A DNA stretch of 64,000 bases from Longimicrobiales bacterium (GTDB lineage Bacteria > Gemmatimonadota > Gemmatimonadetes > Longimicrobiales > Gaopeijiaceae), in the NCBI GenBank assembly GCA_965249725.1, contig CBDFMQ010000001.1, positions 64,001 through 128,000 of the forward strand. Direction: 5' to 3'. Made by a program: the position numbers and the translations under genes. The notes under the pieces were generated by a model, which worked only from the letters and a program-made list of their open reading frames with translations, searched no databases and had not been told where the DNA came from. Positions 55,510-64,000 of the stretch are shown piece after piece. Position 1 is the stretch's first letter; every line of letters begins with the position of its first letter.

Positions 55510-56220
55510 ATGATCCCGACTGGCCGACCCCCTGAGACGGAGACTCCCGTGGACCCCGGTTCCTCCATGGAGCCCGGCTCCTCTGGGAGCCCCGGTTCCT
55601 CAGTGGACCCAGTTCCACCGGTCGCCACCGACCCCGGTGGGGCCCCTGTGGAGCTGCATACGCGGGCCATGGACAATCTCGAGTTCATCCGAGACACGAT
55701 GGAGAATTCGGGTCGGTTCACTACGCTCTCGGGCTTGGGGTCGATCCTGCTCGGAGTCGTCGGGCTGGCGGCCGCGCCCATCGCTTCGGCTCAGCCGACC
55801 CAAGAGGGTTGGCTCACCACCTGGCTCATGGCCGCCGCCGTGGCGATCCCGTTGGGTGGATCAGCGGTGTTGTGGAAGACGAGCAAGGCGGGAGTGCCTT
55901 TGCTGAGTGGGCACGGGCGTCGGTTCGTGCTGGGCTTCGTCCCCGGGATGGTGACCGGAGCCCTGGTTACGCTGGCACTCTTTCGTGCGGGGCTTTACGA
56001 CCTCATGCCTGGCTGTTGGCTGCTCATGTATGGCACCGGTGTCCTCACGGCGGGCACTTTTTCGGTCCGGATCATCCCGCTCATGGGCGCCTCGTTCATG
56101 GTGGTCGGCGCCGGGGCGCTTTTTGCTCCTGCCGCTCTCGGAGACAATTTCATGGCCGTCGGCTTCGGGGGGGTTCACGTCCTGTTCGGAGTTCTCATTG
56201 CGAGGAGATACGGTGGCTAG
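55510..56220 (+). CDS. Multi-pass membrane protein
   Basis: A.DNL.FIR.TME.S..FT motif plus six TM helices ending GG.H..FG..IARRYGG. Confidence 0.82.
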   Translation: MIPTGRPPETETPVDPGSSMEPGSSGSPGSSVDPVPPVATDPGGAPVELHTRAMDNLEFIRDTMENSGRFTTLSGLGSILLGVVGLAAAPIASAQPTQEGWLTTWLMAAAVAIPLGGSAVLWKTSKAGVPLLSGHGRRFVLGFVPGMVTGALVTLALFRAGLYDLMPGCWLLMYGTGVLTAGTFSVRIIPLMGASFMVVGAGALFAPAALGDNFMAVGFGGVHVLFGVLIARRYGG

Positions 56221-56590
56221 AGCCAAGAGGCAGCCGAAGGCGGATGAGGCAGGGGAGCCCACTCTTATGAGCGTTTCGGGAGAGAGCGTGGGGAGTCCTC
56301 TCGCGTTGGATAGGATCATCCATGAGCGACTCCGGCTGGGCATCGTCAGCGCGTTGGCCGTTCAGGAGAGCATGACCTTCAACGGTCTCAAGGAGGCCCT
56401 CGGGGCGACCGACGGAAATCTGAGCGCCCACGCCAGGAAGCTGGAAGAGGCGGGCTACGTCCTGTGTGCGAAGTCCTTTGTCGACCGCGTTCCACGGACC
56501 GAATACTCACTGACGGATCTCGGGAGAGAGCGGCTCGAAGAGTACCTGGCCCACCTCGAGGCACTCATTCATGCCGCGAGAGGATCGTAG
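56213..56590 (+). CDS. Winged-HTH transcriptional regulator (ArsR/MarR-like)
   Basis: LDRIIHERLRLGIVSAL...F..LK..L..TDGNLS.H.RKLEEAGY. Confidence 0.88.
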   Translation: MARAKRQPKADEAGEPTLMSVSGESVGSPLALDRIIHERLRLGIVSALAVQESMTFNGLKEALGATDGNLSAHARKLEEAGYVLCAKSFVDRVPRTEYSLTDLGRERLEEYLAHLEALIHAARGS

Positions 56591-56691
56591 TCCTTCCAAC
56601 CCGAGTCGTGGTCGCGCCGTCCAATCCTCTGTCACGGTGGGCCGCTCGACGGCCCGCCCTGGAGATCACTGGACGGGAACGAGGTCGGGAT

Positions 56692-57504
56692 ATGAAGTAC
56701 ACATTCGCGGTTACGGTCGGAGCCTGGTTGTTGGGGGGAACGGTACTATCTGCCAATCCGGCGGCTGCCCAGAGGGGTGGGGACCGGTGTGAGTTCGGCA
56801 CCGAGCTCGCGGCCGATCTGTCGGCATCGGACGCGGAGCGACTCACGGTCTTTGCCGGATCGGGCTCGCTCGAGGTGGAGGGCCGAGCGGGTGCATCGGC
56901 GGTAACGGCCACGGCCACCGTTTGTGCCTCGGAAGAGTGGATGCTCGACGAGATGGAGGTGGTGCTGGAGCGACGCGGATCGACCGTGGATCTCGAGACG
57001 CGCTATCCCGATCGTTCGTGGCGGGGGGAGGGGTATGCTCGCATCGATCTCCACGTTGAGGTGCCTCTTGGCATGGCAGCGGAGATCGAAGATGGAAGCG
57101 GGTCCGCGACCTTGAGTGGTCTCGGTGATCTCTCCGTGAACGACGGTTCGGGTGAGCTCTATGTCGAAGGCATCCGGGGCGCCTTGGACATCGAGGATGG
57201 GTCGGGTGGACTCGAGATAAGGGATGTCCAAGGAGACGTGTTCGTCGAGGACGGGTCGGGCTCCATGGACATCGTCGGCATCACGGGTTCCGTAACGGTG
57301 GATGACGGCTCGGGATCGATGGACATCCGGGACGTCAGTGAAGACGTGATGGCCTACGACATCGGCTCGGGAGTCCTTCGAGTGTCCGACGTTGAAGGCG
57401 ACTTCACGGTCCGGGACGGACGTCACGAAAGGATCCGGTATTCGGCGGTCGGGGGAGTGGTGGACATTCCCGCCCCGCGAAGAAGGCGTGGAGGCCGGCG
57501 CTAG
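56692..57504 (+). CDS. DUF4097-like beta-strand repeat protein
   Basis: Signal peptide; repeated (I/V).DGSG...I..V.G. Confidence 0.8.
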   Translation: MKYTFAVTVGAWLLGGTVLSANPAAAQRGGDRCEFGTELAADLSASDAERLTVFAGSGSLEVEGRAGASAVTATATVCASEEWMLDEMEVVLERRGSTVDLETRYPDRSWRGEGYARIDLHVEVPLGMAAEIEDGSGSATLSGLGDLSVNDGSGELYVEGIRGALDIEDGSGGLEIRDVQGDVFVEDGSGSMDIVGITGSVTVDDGSGSMDIRDVSEDVMAYDIGSGVLRVSDVEGDFTVRDGRHERIRYSAVGGVVDIPAPRRRRGGRR

Positions 57505-57531
57505 CCGGTCGCTTACGATCACGGTACGGAG

Positions 57532-57560
57532 AGCCCGGTCCTCACGGACCGGGCTTTTTC
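57532..57560 (+). terminator. Intrinsic terminator
   Basis: AGCCCGGTCC-TCAC-GGACCGGGCT followed by TTTT. Confidence 0.85.
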
Positions 57561-57603
57561 GTTCCCGTTGCGGGACGGAGAGTCATCGCCGATCCTCTCC
57601 GCC

Positions 57604-58866
57604 ATGGAAGAGTTGACCTCCCGGGAAAGAGCGGTGCTCGACGCCCTCGACCACGACGGCCTACTGGACGCGATCTGTACCCTCGTGGCGATTCCGAGCG
57701 TGGGCGGCCAGGAGGCACCGGCCCAGGAGTCGGTATCCGAGACCATGGCCGGTATCGGGCTCGACGTGGACCTCTGGGAGCTCGACTTCGAGGCCTTGGC
57801 TCGGCATCCCGCCTACGCCGTGGAGTGCGAGCGTGATCGCGGACTCGGTGTGGTCGGTCGGTTGGGAGAGGGGGAGGGTGGGGCCAGCCTAATCCTCAAC
57901 GGACACGTCGATGTAGTGCCCCCCGGCCACGACGAGCGGTGGTCCAGCCCACCGTTCGTGCCTCGGCTCGAGGATGACCGGATCTACGGCAGGGGCTCGG
58001 TCGACATGAAGGCTGGCCTTTGCTCCGCCATCTTCGCTGCCAAGGCCATCCAGGATGCGGGCGTGCGGCTCGCCGGCGCGCTCTTCATCGAAAGCGTCAT
58101 CGGCGAAGAGGACGGAGGGGTAGGCACGCTGGCCACGATCCACCGCGGGTACCGAGCGGATGGTGCGATCGTAATGGAGCCCACCAACCTCGAGGTCGCG
58201 ACCACGGGAGCCGGGTGTTTCAACTTCCGAGTACGAGTGCCTGGAAAAGCTGCCCACGGTGCCCTGCGATCAGAAGGGGTGAGCGCCATCCACAAGTCGC
58301 ATCTGATTCTCGCCGCTCTGGACGCTCTGGAGCGGGAGAGGAACGCCGACCGGGATCCGATTATTCCCGGTGATCTGCCCTTCCCCATATCGGTGGGGAC
58401 CGTGTCGGGCGGCGAGTGGGCGTCCTCCGTGGCCGAAGAAGTCGCATTCGAGGGCCGGTACGGAGTGCGCCCCGGCGAGGATCCCGATGAGGCGAGGTCG
58501 GCCTTGGAGGCAGCGGTCGCGGGAGCCGCAGAGGAGGACGTGTTTCTCCAGGGGAATCCACCGGAGGTCGAGTGGTGGGGGGGACGATTCGAGGCCTGCC
58601 GGGTCGCTCCCGATGCGGGGGTCGTGACCGCGGTTCGAGACGCGCATCGGGTGGTGACGGGAAGCCAAGCCAAGCTCACCGGCGTGCCTTACGGGTCGGA
58701 TATGGCTCTCCTCGTCAATCACGGGGATACACCGACCGTCCTTTACGGGCCCGGGGATGTGAGGCGTGCCCACGCGCCGAACGAGTTCGTGCCGGTCGAC
58801 GAGGTCGTGATGGCTGCCCGTACCCTCGCACTGACCGCGTTGCGCTTTTGCGGGATAGACGGGTGA
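57604..58866 (+). CDS. ArgE/DapE-family M20 deacylase
   Basis: LNGHVDVVP, YGRGSVDMKAG, GEEDGG, MEPT, GK.AHG, YGPG....AH..NE. Confidence 0.92.
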   Translation: MEELTSRERAVLDALDHDGLLDAICTLVAIPSVGGQEAPAQESVSETMAGIGLDVDLWELDFEALARHPAYAVECERDRGLGVVGRLGEGEGGASLILNGHVDVVPPGHDERWSSPPFVPRLEDDRIYGRGSVDMKAGLCSAIFAAKAIQDAGVRLAGALFIESVIGEEDGGVGTLATIHRGYRADGAIVMEPTNLEVATTGAGCFNFRVRVPGKAAHGALRSEGVSAIHKSHLILAALDALERERNADRDPIIPGDLPFPISVGTVSGGEWASSVAEEVAFEGRYGVRPGEDPDEARSALEAAVAGAAEEDVFLQGNPPEVEWWGGRFEACRVAPDAGVVTAVRDAHRVVTGSQAKLTGVPYGSDMALLVNHGDTPTVLYGPGDVRRAHAPNEFVPVDEVVMAARTLALTALRFCGIDG

Positions 58867-59267
58867 CGGAGCTCTTTTCGGAGCCCGCATCCCGCGAGGA
58901 TGCGCTGACGCCGGCGGTGCTCCTCTGGGGCGGAACAGGTACCTGCGTCCAGATCGCGCTCGTGGTAGCGGGTCACTACAACGATGCCGTCTACTCGGTC
59001 TGGCCTGCTCCCTTGTTGGCTACAGCAGCCGTGAGTGGTGCTGCCTATGTGATCCACAAGCGACGATCCCTCGCCGACTCGGCCTGGCACGGTGGAGTGG
59101 TCGGTGGCATCTGCACGTTCCTGGGCACCGCTCTCGCAGCCGTAATGGCCGACGTCGCGGCGATGCAGCTCGTCACGATGAGCCTGGGCGGGATCGCGGT
59201 GGGGGGTGTGGCCGGGTCGCTGGCGTTCGCGGCGCTTAGGCTCGTCAGCCCCGCACGAGGCGAGTAG
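58863..59267 (+). CDS. Small four-TM membrane protein
   Basis: GTGA overlap; four hydrophobic helices. Confidence 0.7.
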   Translation: MTELFSEPASREDALTPAVLLWGGTGTCVQIALVVAGHYNDAVYSVWPAPLLATAAVSGAAYVIHKRRSLADSAWHGGVVGGICTFLGTALAAVMADVAAMQLVTMSLGGIAVGGVAGSLAFAALRLVSPARGE

Positions 59268-59339
59268 CGACGTACACCAGCAGGACGCCGTCCGTCGTTT
59301 CCGGTCTGGGCCCAGGATGGCCTGGGGTTCCTCCGCCTC

Positions 59340-60248
59340 CTAGTCCTGGCCGACTTCGTCGGGATGGTAGACAAGTATGGGAACCTGTGCGCCTCGCAAG
59401 ACCTTGTCCGTGACGCTCCCCAGCAACAGGCGAGAGACCCCCCCTCGTCCGTGCGTCGACATGGCGATCATGTCGGCTCCCGTGCGTTCCGCAAAATGCA
59501 GAACCCCCGCGGCCGGACTCGCGTCCACGCAGATGTGACCGGACGCGTCGAGTCCACGCTCAACCAGGATGGCCGCCTGGCCGTCGATGTACTCCTTGGC
59601 CACCGCCTCGCCCTCCTTGAGCAACTCCGCGTTCACCTGGATCGTGTGCGGCAGGTACGACGAGGCGAACTCTTCGGGGTAGGGGAAGACGCGCAGCAAC
59701 GAGAAAACCGCCTTGGGGTCGGACGCAATGTCCAACGCGTGCGGGATGATGGCCTCACCCTCTGTCGATCCATCCAGTGGTACCAGCACCTTCTTGGGGC
59801 TGAAGTCCTCCTCGAGGTCGAGTGTCACGTCTTCCGTGGGGAGGAGGAGGAGGAGGGGGAACGAGGAGTGACGCACCAGAGCGTCGGCCGTGCTTCCTAG
59901 CCAGAATCGGGACATGGGTCCGCGCCCATGGGTGGCCATGACCACCAGGGCACCCCCGCGGGCGTCCACATGGTGCTGAATCGTCCCGCCCGTCGTTCCC
60001 GAAAGAGCCGTGGCCGCCACGGTGACGCCAGTCGCCTCTTTGACGCGCTGTGCCACGCTTTCGATGTAGCGCTCCGACCACTCGCGGGAGGCGGTCTCCC
60101 ACAAGTCGTGATCAAGTGTTGGGACGGCCTCGTGGACAGTCAGGACCTCGAGGCGCGCCTCCCACCGGCGAGCCATGGACAGGGCAACCGGGAGTGCCGA
60201 CTCCGAGAACTCCGAGCCGTCCAGGGGGACCAGGATGAGTCGCGACAT
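59340..60248 (-). CDS. Tandem-domain universal stress protein
   Basis: Two (I/V)LVPLDGS...M.THGRG...LGS domains; ATG after AAGGAGG. Confidence 0.92.
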   Translation of the reverse strand: MSRLILVPLDGSEFSESALPVALSMARRWEARLEVLTVHEAVPTLDHDLWETASREWSERYIESVAQRVKEATGVTVAATALSGTTGGTIQHHVDARGGALVVMATHGRGPMSRFWLGSTADALVRHSSFPLLLLLPTEDVTLDLEEDFSPKKVLVPLDGSTEGEAIIPHALDIASDPKAVFSLLRVFPYPEEFASSYLPHTIQVNAELLKEGEAVAKEYIDGQAAILVERGLDASGHICVDASPAAGVLHFAERTGADMIAMSTHGRGGVSRLLLGSVTDKVLRGAQVPILVYHPDEVGQD

Positions 60249-60482
60249 GATGCCCTCCTTGCGCAGCGGCTGAGAAGGCGGCGTGGCGGCCCCCGATAGT
60301 ACGGGAGAATCGGCAGCTTGGCCATCCGCCATCTCAACCTGGAACGGCCCCGGTGGCCGCTCCACTAGGAGTTTCCTGAGGGTCCTGTCAGAAAGGAGAC
60401 CGAGCCGTGTGGGGGATCTCCCGACGAGGGAATGCCGACAGAGCGTGATTGGAGCGGATCACCCGCCGTTCCCCACCGTTCC

Positions 60483-60670
60483 CTAGCCGTGGGCTGGAAT
60501 CCGCGCGCTGGCCTCCCGGTGGCCGGTCCAACCTCCTTGTGTCGTCCTCTCTCGGACCTGGCGGTTGGGGTCCAGCGGAATCGTCAGGCAGACCTTGGCA
60601 CCCTCGCCCGGCCGGCTCTCCACCGTAAGGGAGCCCCCTCGGTGGGCCGCCCGATCCAACATGCTGGAGG
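60483..60670 (-). pseudogene. 3' remnant of a sensor histidine kinase (HATPase end)
   Basis: SMLDRAAHRGGSLTVESRPGEGAKVCLTIPL. Confidence 0.7.
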
Positions 60671-60709
60671 AAGAAGAGTATCTGGTGCCGGTCGTTGAGG
60701 CCGGTGCAA

Positions 60710-60813
60710 CGGTCGACACCTATCGTGCTCGGATCATGGAGAAACTCGGATTGACGCATCGGTCCGAGCTGGTGCGTTTCGCGCTCCGGGTGGGGCTCCT
60801 CTCGGAGATGTAG
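60710..60813 (+). pseudogene. 3' remnant of a NarL/LuxR-family response regulator
   Basis: TVDTYRARIMEKLGLTHRSELVRFALRVGLL. Confidence 0.8.
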
Positions 60814-60936
60814 GGGGCAGTGAGCCCCCGGCTCGCCCCGGGCCGGTGCTTCCGCCACCGGGTCGATCTCCTGTCAGGGAACCGACCCGGTAACGAGCGC
60901 GCCACGGTGATGTATGGGCTGAGGGCATCGTCCGCT

Positions 60937-61491
60937 TCATCGGCCTACGATCCAACCCATTAGCATCGTGATTCTCGGGCCACCTTTCGCGACGCTCACG
61001 GCCACGTTCAACGGCACGTAGAGATCTCCGAACGGCATGGTCGAGCCGGCAGCGAAGATCATCGAGGTGTTCGGGTCCCAGTCATTGTCCTTGTTGACGC
61101 TGAAGTTGGGTCCGACGCCGAATTCGACGCCATTGTCGAGTCGGTATCCGGCCAGCCATCCGAGGGACAGGCTGAACTCGCTCTGCTCCACTCCGCCGAC
61201 GAGCAGCACCCACTCCATGAGGGCCTGATTGCCTCCCTGCATGGATACGATCTGAGTCTCCCACTGCCAGCCAAACTGGGTCATCATGGGCTCGAGGCCG
61301 ATGGCATCTCTCTGGTCGGCGGTTTCTCCGGTAAAGACGGTGAATCCGAAGCGAGGACCGGCCAACTTCTGCCGGGGAAGCTTCTTTACTCGCATGTCTT
61401 CTGGGACCTCGGGCACGGGCTCTTGAGCGGCGACGGTTCCTGCGCTCAATGCCAGGGCTGCGATCGCGTAGACAAGTACGGTGCGTGACAT
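60937..61491 (-). CDS. Exported beta-rich hypothetical protein
   Basis: Signal peptide, L.GPRFGFT, TQFGWQWE, amphipathic strands; GGAG upstream. Confidence 0.8.
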   Translation of the reverse strand: MSRTVLVYAIAALALSAGTVAAQEPVPEVPEDMRVKKLPRQKLAGPRFGFTVFTGETADQRDAIGLEPMMTQFGWQWETQIVSMQGGNQALMEWVLLVGGVEQSEFSLSLGWLAGYRLDNGVEFGVGPNFSVNKDNDWDPNTSMIFAAGSTMPFGDLYVPLNVAVSVAKGGPRITMLMGWIVGR

Positions 61492-61682
61492 GATTCGTTC
61501 TCCTTCCAGGGTTTCTGGGTGTGGGGTTATCCCACAGGAGAACGATGGCCAACTAGGGAGGACCGCTCGATACGTCGGACTACGTAGCGTGAAACGACGA
61601 TTACGTAGGTGGGTTGACCGCTATCGGAGCCCGGAAACCGCGGTTAAGCCGGCGGTGGTAATAAGAGAGAGGCTGGCGGGCG

Positions 61683-61919
61683 TCAGCGCCGCACGGCGAG
61701 GGAATCGTGCTCTGCGGCCCGAACGTTGGACTTCTCCAGGGCGTCCAGTGCCTTGCCGACTCCTTTAGCGCCCGGAATCGGCAGCGTGGCGATGATGCTG
61801 TCCTTCTGACGCCGTGTGAGCCTCTCGGCCGCCTCGTCGGAGGCACTCTTGCCGCCCGAGCAGCCGAGCAAGAGGACGGTCGAACCAGCCAAAACAACCA
61901 GCGAGAGTTTCTTGAGCAT
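61683..61919 (-). CDS. Small lipoprotein
   Basis: Lipobox LLGC; ATG after GGAGG. Confidence 0.75.
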   Translation of the reverse strand: MLKKLSLVVLAGSTVLLLGCSGGKSASDEAAERLTRRQKDSIIATLPIPGAKGVGKALDALEKSNVRAAEHDSLAVRR

Positions 61920-61962
61920 GGTCACCTCCAACGTGTAACACCGCCTGATGGCGCCCGGCGCA

Positions 61963-62490
61963 TCAGTCCAGGTCCCTTGCCAGGTCACTTGGTCGAGTAA
62001 AGCTCAGCAAGCGTCCACAGTCGCCTTGCGTCTCCTCCCAACGATCTACCTCCAGATGGATTATCGCCAGCCCGGCGGTCGGGAACTTGGTGCGCATGAG
62101 GTCCAATCCGGCGGCGTCCCCCTCGGCGCATAGCGCCTCGGCCAAGATAGCCGTTCCGGGGTTGTGGCCGATCATGAGCACCGACTCCACGGTGTCAGGC
62201 AAGGCTCCCAGCAGGTCCAGCATCTGGCGGGGGCCGGCCAGGTAGAGGTCGCCGTCCCAGTCGATGGCGGGCTCGACGCCCAACTCCTCCAGGAGAAACG
62301 CCAGGGTCTCGCGTGTTCGGGTCGCCGTGGAACAGAGTACTAGGTCCGGAACGTGGCCCTGTTCGCGCAGAAACGCGCCTATCAAAGGAGCCGCACGCCT
62401 GCCTCGGCTGTTCAGCGGGCGGTCATGGTCGGCGAGTGTGGAATCTCCCCAACTCGACTTGGCGTGACGCAGCAGATAGAGTGTCTTCAT
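61963..62490 (-). CDS. sixA: SixA-family histidine phosphatase
   Basis: LYLLRHAKSSW....DHDRPL..RG, CS.A.RTRET, IGHNP, KFPTA. Confidence 0.9.
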   Translation of the reverse strand: MKTLYLLRHAKSSWGDSTLADHDRPLNSRGRRAAPLIGAFLREQGHVPDLVLCSTATRTRETLAFLLEELGVEPAIDWDGDLYLAGPRQMLDLLGALPDTVESVLMIGHNPGTAILAEALCAEGDAAGLDLMRTKFPTAGLAIIHLEVDRWEETQGDCGRLLSFTRPSDLARDLD

Positions 62491-62535
62491 GACTATACCC
62501 ATAAACATTTGGCGCCGAACGTGCTAGTATAAAAG

Positions 62536-62586
62536 AACCGCTCCGAGTGGCGGTTGTGCGAAAAACCGCCTTGGGAGGCGGTTTTT
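62536..62586 (+). promoter_or_regulatory. Two tandem hairpins, the second terminator-like, upstream of ppk1
   Basis: AACCGC-N8-GCGGTT then AAAAACCGCCT-TGGG-AGGCGGTTTTT. Confidence 0.6.
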
Positions 62587-62609
62587 GCTTCTCCGAGAGG
62601 GGGACGTCG

Positions 62610-64000
62610 GTGGAAGACACAGCGAAAAAGGAGATCGGCCCCATCGGGCCACGCTCGCGCAAGCGGTTCATCAACCGTGAGCTCTCCTGGCTGGCGTTCA
62701 ACGAGCGTGTCCTTCAAGAGGCGATGAATGAGAGGCACCCGCTTCTCGAACGGGTCCGCTTCCTCTCGATATCCGGCACAAACCTGGACGAGTTCTTCAT
62801 GGTGCGGGTGGCCGGCTTGCGGGCGCAGGTCGAGGCCGGAATCACGTCTTTGAGCCAAGACGGCCGCACGCCCCTACAGCAGTATGGGCAGGTGAATAGT
62901 CGGGCCGCGAAGCTCATGACCTGCCAGCAGGAGATCTGGCAGATCCTTCGTGCGGCTCTGGCGGAACGGGGTCTGTGGGTTCTTCATCCCGGCGATCTCG
63001 AACCAAAGGACCAGGAGTGGATGGATGACCACTTCACCCGCGAGATCTTCCCGGCGCTCACGCCGCTGGCTGTAGATCCGGCTCACCCGGTTCCTTTCAT
63101 TCCGAATGGTGGATTGTGCCTAGCGCTCTCGCTGCGTCGCTCCGACACCGGTGAGCGCATGGCTGCGCTGCTGCCACTTCCGTCGCAGGTTTCGCGTTTC
63201 GTGCGCTTGCCCGGGAAGAGGAAAAAGCCGCGCTTCCTCAGAGTGGAAGAGCTGATCTGCAGGCACCTAGACCGCCTCTTCCCCGGGTTCGAGGTCGAGG
63301 AAGTGGAGCATTTCCGGGTCCTCAGGGACTCAGACGTCGAGATCGAGGAAAAGGCGGAAGACCTGGTCAGGGAGTTCGAATCCTTGGTGAAGCGTCGGAA
63401 GCGGGGTTCCGTCATCTCTCTTCGTGTCTCGACCTTCATGTCGAAGGAGATGAGGGACTTCCTGATTCAGGACCTGGGGGCAGATCCGGACGTCGTGTTC
63501 CAGGCGGGGAGCCTTCTGGGCCTGGGGGATTTGGGCGATTTGATTACCGCCGACCGGCCCGACCTTGTTTTCGACCCGTTCACGCCCCGCTTTCCGGAGC
63601 GGATCCGGGACTTCGATGGGGATCACTTCGCGGCGATTCGCGCCAAGGACCTGCTGGTGCACCACCCGTTCGAGAGTTTCGACGTGGTGATACAGTTCAT
63701 TAGGCAGGCAGCGCGGGATCCCGACGTCGTGGCGATCAAGCAGACGCTTTACCGAACCAGTGACGACTCGCCTATCGTGGGAGAGCTGATCGAAGCGGCT
63801 GAGGCGGGGAAGAGCGTAACGGCGCTCGTGGAGCTGAAGGCCCGTTTCGATGAGGAGGCGAATATCCGTCTGGCGCGGAAGATGGAGGCGTCCGGCGTCC
63901 ACGTCGTATACGGGTTCATGGACATGAAGACCCACGCCAAGCTGTCGCTCGTGGTCCGGCGGGAGGAAGGAGACCTGCGGTCCTACGTCCACGTCGGGAC
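62610..64000 (+). CDS. ppk1: Polyphosphate kinase 1 (runs off the window)
   Basis: RFINRELSWLAFNERVL.EA, NLDEFFMVRVAGL, PAHP.PFIPN, HHPFESF, IKQTLYRT, ELKARFDEE.NI, KTHAK. Confidence 0.95.
   Translation, partial: MEDTAKKEIGPIGPRSRKRFINRELSWLAFNERVLQEAMNERHPLLERVRFLSISGTNLDEFFMVRVAGLRAQVEAGITSLSQDGRTPLQQYGQVNSRAAKLMTCQQEIWQILRAALAERGLWVLHPGDLEPKDQEWMDDHFTREIFPALTPLAVDPAHPVPFIPNGGLCLALSLRRSDTGERMAALLPLPSQVSRFVRLPGKRKKPRFLRVEELICRHLDRLFPGFEVEEVEHFRVLRDSDVEIEEKAEDLVREFESLVKRRKRGSVISLRVSTFMSKEMRDFLIQDLGADPDVVFQAGSLLGLGDLGDLITADRPDLVFDPFTPRFPERIRDFDGDHFAAIRAKDLLVHHPFESFDVVIQFIRQAARDPDVVAIKQTLYRTSDDSPIVGELIEAAEAGKSVTALVELKARFDEEANIRLARKMEASGVHVVYGFMDMKTHAKLSLVVRREEGDLRSYVHVG

Overview
GC-rich bacterial sequence in two parts. 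(1) About 1-32.6 kb is a near-complete temperate phage with a contractile tail: cro/cI switch, a moron block rich in toxin-antitoxin genes, two collagen-bearing tail fibres, baseplate, tape measure, a tail chaperone with a well-supported programmed -1 frameshift, tube, sheath, neck, DUF2184-type capsid, protease/scaffold, a lysis cassette plus hicAB set inside the head module (lysis genes on the opposite strand), minor head protein, portal, terminase, and a DnaC-like loader with an initiator carrying internal iterons. No integrase or att site is visible. The right edge is a scar between two 5'-truncated genes. The virion genes carry several adhesion-type additions: a beta-propeller insert in the sheath, an Ig-like domain fused to baseplate J and a stand-alone FN3 protein. 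(2) About 32.7-64 kb is host chromosome: YbhFSR-like ABC exporter, a Tat-exported xanthine-oxidase-family molybdoenzyme with a cytochrome b, GT2, a DNA-repair group (AlkA, PA0069-type radical SAM behind a GAAC-N7-GAAC repeat, Fpg/Nei), PadR, choice-of-anchor B protein, cytochrome c, ArgE/DapE, Usp, SixA and the 5' part of ppk1, with several gene remnants. Gene content suggests a Gemmatimonadota-like, possibly sponge- or animal-associated host (inference only). All family calls come from motif recognition by eye, not database searches. No rRNA, tRNA, CRISPR array or reverse transcriptase was recognised.
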